A stretch of DNA of 64,000 nucleotides from Armatimonadota bacterium (GCA_012522575.1 JAAYKE010000028.1:575-64574); one strand, 5' to 3'. Positions 1 through 9,857 are shown, counted from the stretch's first letter. The notes: a model not told the origin generated them from the sequence alone. Numbers and translations: made by a program.

Positions 1-341
1 ATTCCAATCGCGCTAAGTTCGCTTTCCACCCCTTCCTGACCGATTTGATAGACCGTCTTTCCGATAGCTTCGGTCTCCGTCAGATACAGGGCAGTCGCAT
101 AAGATGAGGTCATTATTTCATCGACAGACGCCTCGATCTCAAATCCTTGCAGGCGTGTGGCGTAGGATTGGCGTGAAAGGGAGGAATTGTTGGTGTAAAA
201 ATAAACGGTATCCCCGCGCTTTCGCAGCTCCGCCAGTGTCTCGGCTACATAGGGCTGCCTTTCAGCGCCGCGGTAGATCACCCCGTCGAGGTCGAAGATA
301 TATGTCAGAGGTTGTCTGACAGACGCTTTAGCACACTTCAT
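1..341 (-). CDS. HAD-superfamily hydrolase, subfamily IIA (NagD-like), 5' portion only; 3' end lies beyond the window
   Basis: Reverse-strand translation from ATG (complement of 339-341) gives MKCAKASVRQPLTYIFDLDGVIYRGAERQPYVAETLAELRKRGDTVYFYTNNSS..., with the DxDG(V) HAD motif I and a cap-IIA-like sequence. An in-frame stop lies immediately upstream. Confidence 0.8.
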   Translation of the reverse strand, partial: MKCAKASVRQPLTYIFDLDGVIYRGAERQPYVAETLAELRKRGDTVYFYTNNSSLSRQSYATRLQGFEIEASVDEIMTSSYATALYLTETEAIGKTVYQIGQEGVESELSAIG

Positions 342-512
342 AACGGGTACTCATTTTAGCAACTTAATGCGACGAAGTAAATGATTTTTTTGTTTTTTTT
401 GATTGTCCGCGCTAATTGCATGCAAAAAATAATTTCGCTTCCAAAACTGCCGACTAATGCCCGCTATGGTCTCCATTTGACGCTCAACGGTATGGAGCGA
501 CGGCTGTTGCTG

Positions 513-521
513 TGGTATAAT
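513..521 (+). promoter_or_regulatory. Putative extended -10 promoter (TGgTATAAT) driving the downstream DUF4446 gene
   Basis: tgtggtataat at 511-521. No good -35, but the TGn extension is present. It lies ~95 nt upstream of the ATG at 614. Confidence 0.35.
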
Positions 522-613
522 AGGCCCAATGCGCCGATGTGATTGCGCTTTGGGTTATATCCGCAAACGCAGCATCATCAAAGTGCGCTAAATGCAAGGG
601 TGGATGCGCGGTT

Positions 614-1132
614 ATGCGTGAAGTTGCGGACTTCCTACAAGCAAATGATGCATATTTTCTGCTTGGTTTATCTGTTTTGAGCTTGTTTCTGCTCATTTTT
701 ACTGTTGCGCTCTGGCGAAAACTGGCCGGGCTTAACCGCAGGCGCAACAAAAAACTCGAAGACGGGCGGATCGACGATATCATCGAATATCTCAACACTC
801 AGGCCGATGCTCTGGATGAAATACGCGAGAAGCTCGACTATATGAACTCGATTCAAGCCGAACAGGCGCGCGCATTGGTGTCGTGTGTGAGCAATATCGG
901 CCTGGTGCGCTTCAATGCATTTGACGATGTAGGCGGGGAGCAGAGCTTTGCGGTTGTGCTGCTCGACAAAGCCAAAAACGGGGTGGCATTCAGCAGTCTA
1001 TATGGCCGACAGGATGCGCGCGTCTATGCCAAGGCGATCTGTGCCGGGCAGGGGGAACGGCCGCTTTCCACCGAAGAACAGCAGGCGCTCTCCAAAGCGC
1101 TGGAGCGCTCGGATGCTGCGGCTCTGAGGTGA
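614..1132 (+). CDS. DUF4446-family membrane protein
   Basis: An N-terminal TM helix (FLLGLSVLSLFLLIFTVALW) followed by a VRFNAFDDVGGEQSFAVVLLD...SSLYGRQDARVYAK pattern typical of DUF4446. An RBS (aagggtgga) precedes the ATG at 614. Confidence 0.7.
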   Translation: MREVADFLQANDAYFLLGLSVLSLFLLIFTVALWRKLAGLNRRRNKKLEDGRIDDIIEYLNTQADALDEIREKLDYMNSIQAEQARALVSCVSNIGLVRFNAFDDVGGEQSFAVVLLDKAKNGVAFSSLYGRQDARVYAKAICAGQGERPLSTEEQQALSKALERSDAAALR

Positions 1133-1144
1133 GGGTCTATATCT

Positions 1145-1768
1145 TTGATTTTCAAAAGCTCAAAATCAACCGAAGAGCGAGAACAGGAACGCGCCTCTGA
1201 GCGCGCCTTGATAAACCGCTGCAAAAACGACGAGCCTGGCGCGTTCGATGAGCTGTACACCCGCTTCGAAAAACGGGTATTTAACTGCGCTTTTCATATT
1301 TGCGGCAACTACCACGACGCAAGCGACATAACCCAGGAAGCGTTTTTAAGGGTGTTTAACTCCATCCAGACGTTCAGAGGAGACGCCAATTTTCTCACCT
1401 GGATATATAGAATTGTAACCAATGTCTACCTCGACGAGCGCAAAAAATCCAAGGCGCACCGACAAACCTCCCTTGACGAGTATATCGAACTCGACGAAAG
1501 CTCAGTTGCACGGCAGATAATGGACGACAGCCCGCTGCCTGTGGATATTGTTCAGGCAACCGAGCGAGCGGAAATAGTTCAAAATGCAATAAACTCCCTG
1601 CCGGAATATCAGCGTATTATTGTCACGCTATATCACATGGAAAGTCTGAGTTATGACGAGATAGCGGAAGTTCTTCAGCTTCCCATAGGTACTGTGAAAT
1701 CACGGTTAAATCGAGCGAGATTGGCTCTCGCAGAAATATTGGGGGCAAAACCGGAACTTTTCGGATAG
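1145..1768 (+). CDS. ECF-type RNA polymerase sigma-70 factor
   Basis: Sigma-70 region 2 (FDELYTRFEKRVFNCAFHICGNYHDASDITQEAFLRVF...FLTWIYRIVTNVYLDERKK) and region 4 (LPEYQRIIVTLYHMESLSYDEIAEVLQLPIGTVKSRLNRARLAL) are present. Start is TTG. Confidence 0.9.
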   Translation: MIFKSSKSTEEREQERASERALINRCKNDEPGAFDELYTRFEKRVFNCAFHICGNYHDASDITQEAFLRVFNSIQTFRGDANFLTWIYRIVTNVYLDERKKSKAHRQTSLDEYIELDESSVARQIMDDSPLPVDIVQATERAEIVQNAINSLPEYQRIIVTLYHMESLSYDEIAEVLQLPIGTVKSRLNRARLALAEILGAKPELFG

Positions 1769-1959
1769 ATCATCAGTCTACCAACTAGACCATACAAAAG
1801 CTAAGTAGAACGCTGTGTGGAAAAGCAAAGCACTTAAGTCTATGTGTGCTTATGTAGCTGGCAAATCCGAGTGGCAAGGGCAGAATTCCATTCGGGTTAT
1901 AACGCAGGAAGCGTACTCAGGCTGACTATGGATGTCAGAGGAAGACGGAGCACGTTATT

Positions 1960-2997
1960 ATGAGATGCATTAAAGCCCAGGAATTGTTTTCCACTTACCT
2001 GGAGAAAACAATCCAACCGCCGATGGGCGTAGCATTTGAGCAACACTTGGCAGAGTGCGCTCAGTGCAAATCAGCATACGAGAAATTCCACGCCACTGCT
2101 GTGGTGCTGGACGAAATACCCTCGATTGAGCCGCCGCCTCATCTGCGCTCTGCAGTTATGGCACGCAGTGAGGAAGCGCGACGAACATCGCCCAACAGGG
2201 GCAAGTTGCTGCATTTCCATTGGCCGAGAGTATTCACCCTGCGAGTTCCTGCAAGGGCGTTCGCAGTGGGACTGGCCATGCTTATGGCGACTATTATGCT
2301 GTATCAATTTACACCGCTGCAGTCGGTCACGGCGAACCTGTTCGGAGCCAAAAAGCACGCTGTTCCTTTGGCGGATGATTCCACAGTAGCTCCGATGCCG
2401 ATGCCGTGGGGAGCTGCGGCTGTGGTTGGTGCGAAACATGCCGGGGTCGGCGGCGGGCTTACGATGGGCGTAAATGTCGATACAAGCAGCCGCGAAAGCA
2501 CGGTCTACATATTGAGGCTCGGTGCGCAGGCAAACCAGGCAATATCGGTGCGGGTGCATCTGCTGCGAGAGGACGCACTGCGCGATGGGCTTGACCGCGA
2601 CGATCTGAATAACGTTCTGTATATGGGCGAGGTATCTCCGGGCCAACAGGCCGCGGTTCCGGTGGTGATAACCAAGTGTGCGGAACGCAGGGCGCAGGTG
2701 GCGATGGTGTCCTGGTCGAGCGGAGAAGAAAACTATCAGGAACTGGTCTTCATACCCTGGACATTCGGATCGGTAGTTAGCGAAAGCAATTCGATGACCA
2801 ACGTAGCCGGCTATGATATTCTCAGCGCAATGTCTGCGCACTATGGCGTTGTGATAATGGCTCCGGCTCATCAGATGAACAGATTGTTCACAGTTGCAGT
2901 CGATGCCGCAGAGGCGGGCGATGCCGTGGAGGAAATGGCCGCTCAGATGGGATTGGCCTCCGGGAGGCTCGGCTCATCGGTCTACGCTGTAAAGTAA
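1960..2997 (+). CDS. Anti-sigma factor, zf-HC2 type (membrane-spanning)
   Basis: An N-terminal putative zinc finger H-x3-C-x2-C (FEQHLAECAQCKSAYEKF), a central hydrophobic TM segment (AFAVGLAMLMATIMLY), and a C-terminal extracytoplasmic domain. It sits immediately downstream of the ECF sigma gene. Confidence 0.75.
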   Translation: MRCIKAQELFSTYLEKTIQPPMGVAFEQHLAECAQCKSAYEKFHATAVVLDEIPSIEPPPHLRSAVMARSEEARRTSPNRGKLLHFHWPRVFTLRVPARAFAVGLAMLMATIMLYQFTPLQSVTANLFGAKKHAVPLADDSTVAPMPMPWGAAAVVGAKHAGVGGGLTMGVNVDTSSRESTVYILRLGAQANQAISVRVHLLREDALRDGLDRDDLNNVLYMGEVSPGQQAAVPVVITKCAERRAQVAMVSWSSGEENYQELVFIPWTFGSVVSESNSMTNVAGYDILSAMSAHYGVVIMAPAHQMNRLFTVAVDAAEAGDAVEEMAAQMGLASGRLGSSVYAVK

Positions 2998-3011
2998 ATC
3001 AGTAATAAAAT

Positions 3012-3060
3012 ACCGGCCCGGGTCTGCTCAATTGAGTCAGTCCGGGCCGTTTTATTTTGT
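3012..3060. terminator. Bidirectional rho-independent terminator between the convergent anti-sigma and fliG genes
   Basis: An 8-bp GC stem cggcccgg/ccgggccg (3014-3021 / 3042-3049) with a palindromic loop, flanked by aaaata on one side and ttttatttt on the other. Confidence 0.8.
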
Positions 3061-3084
3061 CTGGCCAATGCGATAGTCGGGCTA

Positions 3085-4104
3085 TTACATAACCACGTCG
3101 TCACCTGTATCGCGAATGTTGATTTCCCCTGCCTCGTCAAGCGATCTGGCGATATTGGATATGCGTCCCTGCGCCGCCTCTACGTCCCTTAATCTCACCG
3201 GGCCGCTCGAATCCATGTCCTCTTTCAGAGTCTCTACGGCGCGCTGAGACATATTTCGGAAGAACACATCCTTTACATTTTCCGAGGACCCTTTAAGGGC
3301 CAGTCGGAGGTCATCCTGAGGAACGTCGCGCAAAATGATCTGTATGGAGCGGTCGTCGAGATTGAGAATGTCCTCAAAAACGAACATCATCTCTTTGATT
3401 TCATCGGCGGTTTCCGAGGCAGTTTCGCTGAGGTACTCCATAATCTTCTTCTCAGTGCCTCGGTCAACGTTATTCAGGATACTGACGACCGCGTCGCTGC
3501 CTCCCACTTCGGCAAATGCGGCGTTATCGCTGGTCGACAGTCTCTGAGTCAGAATCTCGTCAATGCTGCGAACGATCTCCGGATCAGTCGGCTGCATCAT
3601 AGTCAGCCTCAAAGCGACTTCCCCTTGAGCCTGTTCCGGCAGTGCGCTCAATACGTGCGCGGCCTGCTCCGGATGAAGATGACCCAGCACCAGGGCCATG
3701 ACCTGCGGCCGCTCGCTTCTTATGCACTGCGCCAACTGTTGAGGAGAAACAGCCCTGAGCCATCTGAAACTTCCAACTCCGCTGCCGGATGTCAGACGAG
3801 ACAGAAGCTCTTTGGCTTTAGCATCGCCTACTACCTGTTCGAGGATGACACGAGCATAATCGGTGCCTCCCAAAATGGCTCCGTCAGCAAGCGATTTTTT
3901 GCACTCATCGAGAACCTGCGTACGCAGAGACGAATCGATGCGCTTCATCAAAACGATTTCCGCTGTCAGGCGTTCGATTTCATCCGAGGTAAGCTGCTGC
4001 AGGACGCTTGACGACTTTTCCGGGCCAAGCGAAACCAGCAGCACAGATGCCTTCTCGGTGCCTGTGAGGTTTATTGCAGGTTGTTTTGTCTCGTTTTCGG
4101 CCAA
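3085..4104 (-). CDS. fliG: Flagellar motor switch protein FliG homolog (stand-alone)
   Basis: Full-length three-domain FliG pattern: N-terminal LTGTEKASVLLVSLGPEKSSSVLQQLTSDEIERLTAEI, a middle domain, and C-terminal MFVFEDILNLDDRSIQIILRDVPQDDLRLALKGSSENVKDVFFRNMSQRAVETLKEDMDSSGPVRLRDVEAAQGRI. Confidence 0.85.
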   Translation of the reverse strand: MAENETKQPAINLTGTEKASVLLVSLGPEKSSSVLQQLTSDEIERLTAEIVLMKRIDSSLRTQVLDECKKSLADGAILGGTDYARVILEQVVGDAKAKELLSRLTSGSGVGSFRWLRAVSPQQLAQCIRSERPQVMALVLGHLHPEQAAHVLSALPEQAQGEVALRLTMMQPTDPEIVRSIDEILTQRLSTSDNAAFAEVGGSDAVVSILNNVDRGTEKKIMEYLSETASETADEIKEMMFVFEDILNLDDRSIQIILRDVPQDDLRLALKGSSENVKDVFFRNMSQRAVETLKEDMDSSGPVRLRDVEAAQGRISNIARSLDEAGEINIRDTGDDVVM

Positions 4105-4207
4105 TTCCTATCCCTATGCGATGCCTTGCTCCTATATAATAATCGGCCAGAATGCCCTTGCTCCTTAGTATGCGAATGCATCTTGAAAGAGTTATGCCAT
4201 AGGATGT

Positions 4208-5554
4208 ATGATAGAGCCGTCCGCTGATCGAGCGGCGCCATTTGGCTGGATGGAGGCTTATACTGTGTTAGACGAAGCGGCGATTGATCGCCTTAGCGAG
4301 GAGACAACGGAAAAATATCGCAGGCATGTGAACCCCGGTATCGCCGGGATTCTCAACTTCAGCGGTTTCAGCGTGCCGGAGGAGCGGGCGCAGGGATGTT
4401 ACATCTGGGATGCGTCCGGTCGCAAGTTTCTGGACTGCGTAGGCGGTTACGGCGCTTTCAGCCTGGGTCATTTGAACCCAAAGGTCGTCGATGCGGTTCG
4501 AAAGCAGCTCGAAAAGGAGGCTCTCAAGAGCCACTTTTTTATGTCTACGGTACTTGCCGACACCTGCGAACTGATGGCCTCGGTGTTGCCGGAGGGCATT
4601 GAATATTCATTTATCTGCAATTCCGGCACGGAGGCGGTCGAAGGCGCGTTAAAGTGTGCAAGAATCCACACCCGACGCCCTGAGTTTATCGGCGCAACAA
4701 ACGGCTTTCACGGCAAATCCTTCGGCAGTCTTTCGGTTTCAGGCAGAGAAATATATAAAAAGGACTTCGAGCCGCTGCTGCAGGAGACAAAACTGGTCCC
4801 GTTCGGTGATGCCGACGCGCTAGCCGATGCCATCAGCGATCGCAGTGCTGCTGTCATCCTTGAGGTTGTGCAGGGAGAAGCCGGGGTAAATATAGCTCCG
4901 AGCGATTACTTTGGCAGGGTAAGAGAAATCTGTGACGCCAATGGGTCCCTGCTGATCCTGGATGAAGTTCGCACAGGGTTCGGTCGTACGGGCAAAATGT
5001 TTGCCAGTGAGCACTATGGCGTTGTGCCGGATATTGTGACTATGGCGAAGGCCCTCGGCGGAGGCGTAATGCCGGTTGGGGCGTTTTCATCGACTCAGGC
5101 GGTGTGGGAGTCCATGTTTGGCGGCAATCCATATTTGCACTCGACTACCTTTGGCGGCAATCCACTTGCGTGTTCGGCAATAATTGCGGCTATCAATACG
5201 ACGATAGAAGAAAACCTGGTGCAGCGATCCGAGATCCTCGGAGAGAAACTGCTGAGCGGCCTTCAGGCAGTTCGCTCAAAGTATCCCTGGCTGATCAAAA
5301 ACGTGCGGGGCAAAGGCTTGCTGGCCGGCATTGAGTTTGCCGAGGAGGACATTGCCGCGCTGGTTATAGCAGGGTGCGGCAGGCGTGATCTGCTCGCGGC
5401 ATACAGCCTCAACAATCCGAAAGTCGTTCGGGTTGAGCCGCCGCTGATTATCCCGGAGGACGAGCTTGACAGGGCGATAAAAATAATAGCTGAATCGGTC
5501 GAGGAGACTGGCGCGATGATAGAGGCCATAACAAGTGAGGCTGAGTGCGAATAA
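4208..5554 (+). CDS. Class-III PLP-dependent aminotransferase (acetylornithine/putrescine/GABA aminotransferase family)
   Basis: A 448-aa ORF with the ILDEVRTGFGRTGKMFA motif (lysine-containing PLP site region), a GNPLACSA motif, and typical class-III length. The true start may be an internal Met at 4250. Confidence 0.85.
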   Translation: MIEPSADRAAPFGWMEAYTVLDEAAIDRLSEETTEKYRRHVNPGIAGILNFSGFSVPEERAQGCYIWDASGRKFLDCVGGYGAFSLGHLNPKVVDAVRKQLEKEALKSHFFMSTVLADTCELMASVLPEGIEYSFICNSGTEAVEGALKCARIHTRRPEFIGATNGFHGKSFGSLSVSGREIYKKDFEPLLQETKLVPFGDADALADAISDRSAAVILEVVQGEAGVNIAPSDYFGRVREICDANGSLLILDEVRTGFGRTGKMFASEHYGVVPDIVTMAKALGGGVMPVGAFSSTQAVWESMFGGNPYLHSTTFGGNPLACSAIIAAINTTIEENLVQRSEILGEKLLSGLQAVRSKYPWLIKNVRGKGLLAGIEFAEEDIAALVIAGCGRRDLLAAYSLNNPKVVRVEPPLIIPEDELDRAIKIIAESVEETGAMIEAITSEAECE

Positions 5555-5604
5555 TTTCTGATAACGCGGGCGCACTGCGGCTTTAGTCAGAAAGGTGACA
5601 AACA

Positions 5605-5895
5605 ATGCAGGTTACTCTAGTGCATATCAAAGTGAAGCCGGAATATGTCGACGATTTCATCGAAGCTTCCCTGAATAACTCCCGCGCTTCGGTAGAAGAA
5701 TCCGGCAATTTGAGGTTCGATGTTTTGCAGTCAGCCGATGACCCGACCCGGTTTGTCCTGTATGAAGCATACGAAACCGCAGAGGATGCGGTCGCTCACA
5801 AGGGAACCGATCACTATCTTCTGTGGCGAGATACCGTAGCGGATATGATGGCCGAGCCAAGACAGGGGCTTCGCTATGCGGGTCTGAACCTGTAA
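5605..5895 (+). CDS. Antibiotic-biosynthesis-monooxygenase (ABM) domain protein
   Basis: 96 aa with a ferredoxin-like ABM pattern: VTLVHIKVKPEYVDDFIEAS...RFDVLQSADDPTRFVLYEAYETAEDAVAHKGTDHY. Confidence 0.8.
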   Translation: MQVTLVHIKVKPEYVDDFIEASLNNSRASVEESGNLRFDVLQSADDPTRFVLYEAYETAEDAVAHKGTDHYLLWRDTVADMMAEPRQGLRYAGLNL

Positions 5896-5960
5896 CACCG
5901 ATCAAAAGATAATAAAGTTCAGCCTGCAGCATGATCAGAATTGCTGTACAGTCTGAACCT

Positions 5961-5994
5961 CGACAGGCGTCGGTTTACGAATCGATGCCTGTCG
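5961..5994 (+). terminator. Stem-loop downstream of the ABM gene (weak terminator candidate)
   Basis: An 8-bp stem cgacaggc/gcctgtcg with an 18-nt loop, followed by tgcttcttg. Confidence 0.4.
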
Positions 5995-6000
5995 TGCTTC

Positions 6001-6029
6001 TTGCCAATGAATGTGTGTGAGAGTATAAT
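6001..6029 (+). promoter_or_regulatory. Sigma-70 promoter for galE (TTGCCA-17-TATAAT)
   Basis: TTGCCA at 6001-6006, a 17-nt spacer, and TATAAT at 6024-6029, located ~115 nt upstream of galE. Confidence 0.6.
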
Positions 6030-6143
6030 GTGGCAGGTTTGAACATCAACTGTGGCAAGAGCGCTCCAACAATCCATTGGGCTGCACAGAGCGTTTGCTG
6101 CGATGGATATATCTGAAAGTCTTTTCAGGAGGAGCGGGCTTAG

Positions 6144-7130
6144 ATGGCGATTCTTGTAACCGGCGGGCTTGGCTATGTGGGAAGCCATGCGGTAAAACTT
6201 CTGGTGGATCGGGGCGAACAGGTCATTTGTCTCGACAACCTCATATTTGGCCACAAGCAATCCTCCAGCGGTAGCGAAGTGATAGTTGGTGACATCGGCG
6301 ACCAGGATTTGCTGCGCAAGATATTTTCCGCAAACAAAATCGATTCGGTAATGCATTTTGCGGCCTTTGCCGCTGTCGGGGAATCGGTGGAAAATCCCCA
6401 GAAATACTATCTTAATAATATCTCCAACAGCCTGGCTATGCTGCAGGTTATGCTGGAATTCGACGTCAAATTGATGATCTTTTCGTCCAGCGCGGCAACG
6501 TTCGGCGAGCCGGAAACGGTTCCCATTGTCGAGGAACATCCGCAAAATCCAACCAATCCGTATGGGCGATCAAAGCTCATGCTCGAACATATCCTCAAGG
6601 AATATGAGCACGCTTACGGGTTGAGGTCCATCTCGCTGAGATATTTTAATGCGGCGGGCGCGGATCCGTCCGGACTCATCGGGGAGGACCATACGCCGGA
6701 GCATCATCTCATTCCGCTGATCATTAAAGCCGCTATGGGTCAGAGGCCGCAGATCAATATCTTCGGCACAGATTGGCCTACGCCGGACGGGACTTGCATC
6801 AGAGACTACATCCACGTTACCGATCTTGCGCAGGCCCATGCCCTCGGCCTCGACGCACTTCGGCAGGGGAAGTCGACTACGGCCTACAACCTTGGCAACG
6901 GCAGCGGATATTCGGTGATGGAAGTCATCAAAATGGTTGAGAAGGTATCCGGCAGGCCGGTTAAGGCCGTTGCTGACGACCGCAGACCCGGCGACCCGGC
7001 TGTGCTAGTCGCCAGTTCCAAGAAGATCAGCGAGGAGTTGGGCTGGAAACCGAACTATCCGGAGCTTGAGACGATAGTTAAAAGTGCGTGGGAATGGCAC
7101 AGCGGACATCCTGATGGGTATGGAAAGTAA
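6144..7130 (+). CDS. galE: UDP-glucose 4-epimerase
   Basis: A Rossmann motif MAILVTGGLGYVGSH, the catalytic YGRSK motif (YxxxK), and 328 aa. Confidence 0.9.
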   Translation: MAILVTGGLGYVGSHAVKLLVDRGEQVICLDNLIFGHKQSSSGSEVIVGDIGDQDLLRKIFSANKIDSVMHFAAFAAVGESVENPQKYYLNNISNSLAMLQVMLEFDVKLMIFSSSAATFGEPETVPIVEEHPQNPTNPYGRSKLMLEHILKEYEHAYGLRSISLRYFNAAGADPSGLIGEDHTPEHHLIPLIIKAAMGQRPQINIFGTDWPTPDGTCIRDYIHVTDLAQAHALGLDALRQGKSTTAYNLGNGSGYSVMEVIKMVEKVSGRPVKAVADDRRPGDPAVLVASSKKISEELGWKPNYPELETIVKSAWEWHSGHPDGYGK

Positions 7131-7137
7131 ATAAGAG

Positions 7138-7169
7138 GCAGATCACGCACGCTGGAAATCTGCTTTTAT
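7138..7169 (+). terminator. Rho-independent terminator after galE
   Basis: Stem gcagat/atctgc with a 14-nt loop, followed by ttttat. Confidence 0.75.
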
Positions 7170-7209
7170 GAATATCTGACCTGGCGGGTCAATTATCAAA
7201 GGAATTAAA

Positions 7210-8925
7210 ATGGCTGGTTATGATATCGAATCCCTGAGACACAGCACGGCGCACGTAATGGCCCATGCGGTCAAAAATCTCTTCCCTGATGCGCAGGTTG
7301 CCATCGGCCCTTCTATAGAAGACGGGTTCTACTATGACTTTGGAGTCAGTGCGCCGTTCACTCCGGATGATCTGGAGAAGATAAGCGCGGAGATGCAGCG
7401 AGTCATCAAGGCGGGCAAACCATTTGTGCGCAAGGAAATATCCCGCGAGGAGGCTTTGGCGCTCTTTGCCGACGAACCATTCAAGGTCGAGCTAATCGAG
7501 GATTTGCCGTCCGATGAGATCATAAGCATATATGAGGAGGGCGACTTTATTGATCTTTGCAGGGGACCTCATATCGACAATGCCGGGCAGATCAAGGCTT
7601 TCCGACTGTTAAAATCATCCGGTGCATATTGGCGGGGCGACGAGCGCAACGCGATGCTTCAGCGCATCTACGGTACCGCCTTTTCCACTCAGCAGGAACT
7701 TGATGATTATTTGAAGATGATTGAGGAGGCGGAAAAGCGCGACCACAGAAAGCTCGGTCGTGAGCTGGACCTGTTCTCGCTTCAGGAAGAAGCCGGCCCC
7801 GGGCTGGTTTTCTGGCATCCAAAAGGGGCTTTTGTGCGCACGGTGATAGAGGATCACTGGAGATCGGAGCATCTCAATAACGGCTACGATCTGGTTATGA
7901 CCCCGCATATCGCCCGTCAGGATCTCTGGCGCACAAGCGGACATTTGGACTTTTTCAACGAGAATATGTATCAGCCGATGATGGTTGATGAGACGCCTTA
8001 TCTGATCAAGCCCATGAACTGCCCGTTCCATTTGCTGATCTACAAATCGCGTGTGCGCAGCTATCGGGAACTGCCGATAAGATGGGCGGAGTTGGGCACG
8101 GTGTATCGCTATGAGCGTTCCGGCGTGCTGCACGGCTTGTTGAGGGTTCGCGGGTTCACTCAGGACGACGCGCATATAATGTGCTCAAGGGAGCAGTTGG
8201 ACTCTGAGACCAAAAGGGTGCTCGAATTTGTCCTCAGTATGTTGAGGCGCTTTGGTTTTTCGGACTACGAAGTATTTCTTTCCACTCGACCGGAGCAGTC
8301 GGTCGGCGACGATGACGTCTGGGAGCAGGCGACCGATGCGCTGCGTTCGGCGTTGGATGCACAGGGCTTGAGCTATCAGGTCGATGAGGGCGGCGGCGCA
8401 TTCTATGGCCCGAAGATCGACGTTAAAATCAAAGATGCCATCGGGCGCGTGTGGCAATGCAGCACCATTCAGGTCGACTTTAACGAGCCGGAGCGCTTCG
8501 ATTTGACCTATGTTGGCCAGGATAACGCTCATCATCGACCCATTATGATTCACAGGGCGCTGTTAGGCTCAATGGAGCGATTTATGGGCGTGCTCATCGA
8601 ACACTACGCCGGAGCGTTCCCGCTATGGCTGGCGCCGGTGCAGGCGGTGGTCATACCGATCGCCGATCGTCATTCCGAATACGCCGGTAAAGTGGCCGAC
8701 GACTTGCGCGCATCGGGTTTTAGAACCGAAGTTGATGATCGCAACGAAAAGACGGGATATAAAATACGAGAAGCGCAGCTCCAGAAAATACCATATATGC
8801 TGGTGGTCGGAGACCGTGAGCAGGAAGCGGGCGCAGTAGCAGTTCGATCTCGTTCTGAGGGTGATTTGGGCGCAATTAGTGTGGCCGATCTCATTGAGCA
8901 GTTCAAAAAGGAGTTGACAGAGTAA
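7210..8925 (+). CDS. thrS: Threonyl-tRNA synthetase (lacks the N-terminal TGS domain)
   Basis: An editing-domain HxxxH motif ([11 protein letters not shown]), the class II core, and an anticodon-binding domain. Its 571 aa is shorter than the ~640-aa canonical bacterial ThrRS. A terminator hairpin immediately upstream precludes a longer N-terminus. Confidence 0.9.
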   Translation: MAGYDIESLRHSTAHVMAHAVKNLFPDAQVAIGPSIEDGFYYDFGVSAPFTPDDLEKISAEMQRVIKAGKPFVRKEISREEALALFADEPFKVELIEDLPSDEIISIYEEGDFIDLCRGPHIDNAGQIKAFRLLKSSGAYWRGDERNAMLQRIYGTAFSTQQELDDYLKMIEEAEKRDHRKLGRELDLFSLQEEAGPGLVFWHPKGAFVRTVIEDHWRSEHLNNGYDLVMTPHIARQDLWRTSGHLDFFNENMYQPMMVDETPYLIKPMNCPFHLLIYKSRVRSYRELPIRWAELGTVYRYERSGVLHGLLRVRGFTQDDAHIMCSREQLDSETKRVLEFVLSMLRRFGFSDYEVFLSTRPEQSVGDDDVWEQATDALRSALDAQGLSYQVDEGGGAFYGPKIDVKIKDAIGRVWQCSTIQVDFNEPERFDLTYVGQDNAHHRPIMIHRALLGSMERFMGVLIEHYAGAFPLWLAPVQAVVIPIADRHSEYAGKVADDLRASGFRTEVDDRNEKTGYKIREAQLQKIPYMLVVGDREQEAGAVAVRSRSEGDLGAISVADLIEQFKKELTE

Positions 8926-8979
8926 GGCGGTTTCCGATATACTTTACTCGTCTTGTCGGTTGGGCGGGCATTTTGACTC

Positions 8980-9537
8980 GTGTGGCCGGCTAATCTCATC
9001 AGGGGTGATGTAAAAATAGCCAAGGACCTCAGGGTTAATGAGCGCATTCGGGCGCGCGAAGTCCGATTGATTGACGAGAACGGCGCCCAAGTGGGAATAT
9101 TGCCGTTCCGCGAGGCGTTGGAGAGTGCAAAACAGCGCGGCCTCGATATAATCGAGGTTTCCCCAACCGCCAATCCGCCTGTCTGCCGTATAATGGACTA
9201 CGGCAAGTATAAATATGAGCTAGGAAAGCGGGAACGGGAATCGCAGAAGAAACAACGGATGTCCGAAATCAAAGGCATTCGAATGCGCCCCGGTACTGAC
9301 GAGCACGATTTTCAGTTCAAACTGAGAAACGCGCTCAAGTTCCTCAAAGAGGGACACAAGGTCAAGGTGACCGTGATCTTCCGAAGCAGGGAGTTCACGC
9401 ATCCCGAGTTCGCCAGGGAGTCACTTGGACGCATGGCCGAAGTTGTGAAGGAACAAAACCTGGGCACGGTAGAAAAGCCCGCGTCAATGGAAGGCAGAAC
9501 AATGACTATGATCCTTGCCCCCATTGTAGAGAAATAA
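8980..9537 (+). CDS. infC: Translation initiation factor IF-3
   Basis: VNERIRAREVRLIDENGAQVGILPFREALESAKQRGLDIIEVSPTANPPVCRIMDYGKYKYE matches IF-3. The start codon is uncertain, since infC commonly uses AUU/AUA; GTG at 8980 is the ORF-track start. Confidence 0.85.
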   Translation: MWPANLIRGDVKIAKDLRVNERIRAREVRLIDENGAQVGILPFREALESAKQRGLDIIEVSPTANPPVCRIMDYGKYKYELGKRERESQKKQRMSEIKGIRMRPGTDEHDFQFKLRNALKFLKEGHKVKVTVIFRSREFTHPEFARESLGRMAEVVKEQNLGTVEKPASMEGRTMTMILAPIVEK

Positions 9538-9586
9538 AACAGTCAGCATGGCTCCCTTGAGGGAGTGAGATAACGAGGTATTGATC

Positions 9587-9784
9587 GTGCCGAAACTGAA
9601 AACAAACAAGACAGCGGCAAAACGATTTGAAGTGACCGGCAGGGGTAAAATTCGCCGTGGCAACACGGGTATGAACCACCTTAAAATGAAAAAGTCGGCC
9701 TCTGCAAAGCGCAGACTGTCTATGAAGTCCGGCGTGACAAATGGAGAAAAAAGAGTCATCCGGAAGCTGGTTCCGGGGCTGTAG
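9587..9784 (+). CDS. rpmI: 50S ribosomal protein L35
   Basis: A GTG start gives MPKLKTNKTAAKRFEVTGRGKIRR, with an RBS (aacgaggt) upstream. Confidence 0.9.
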   Translation: MPKLKTNKTAAKRFEVTGRGKIRRGNTGMNHLKMKKSASAKRRLSMKSGVTNGEKRVIRKLVPGL

Positions 9785-9857
9785 TCTCGTCTAATCAGCA
9801 GCGGGGCGGCAGGGATCACCGATGCCTCGGATTTCGATAGCAAGGGAGAACATATAG

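Noticed and set aside
104-319. 71-aa plus-strand ORF
   Set aside because: It lies entirely inside, and antisense to, the well-supported HAD hydrolase gene.
484-798. 104-aa ORF on the minus strand
   Set aside because: It is antisense to and overlaps the DUF4446 gene, shows no recognisable motifs, and has no RBS. It is probably a frame artefact.
2071-2871. 266-aa minus-strand ORF rich in His, Arg and Cys
   Set aside because: It is antisense within the anti-sigma gene. Its low-complexity composition is typical of spurious ORFs in GC-rich DNA.
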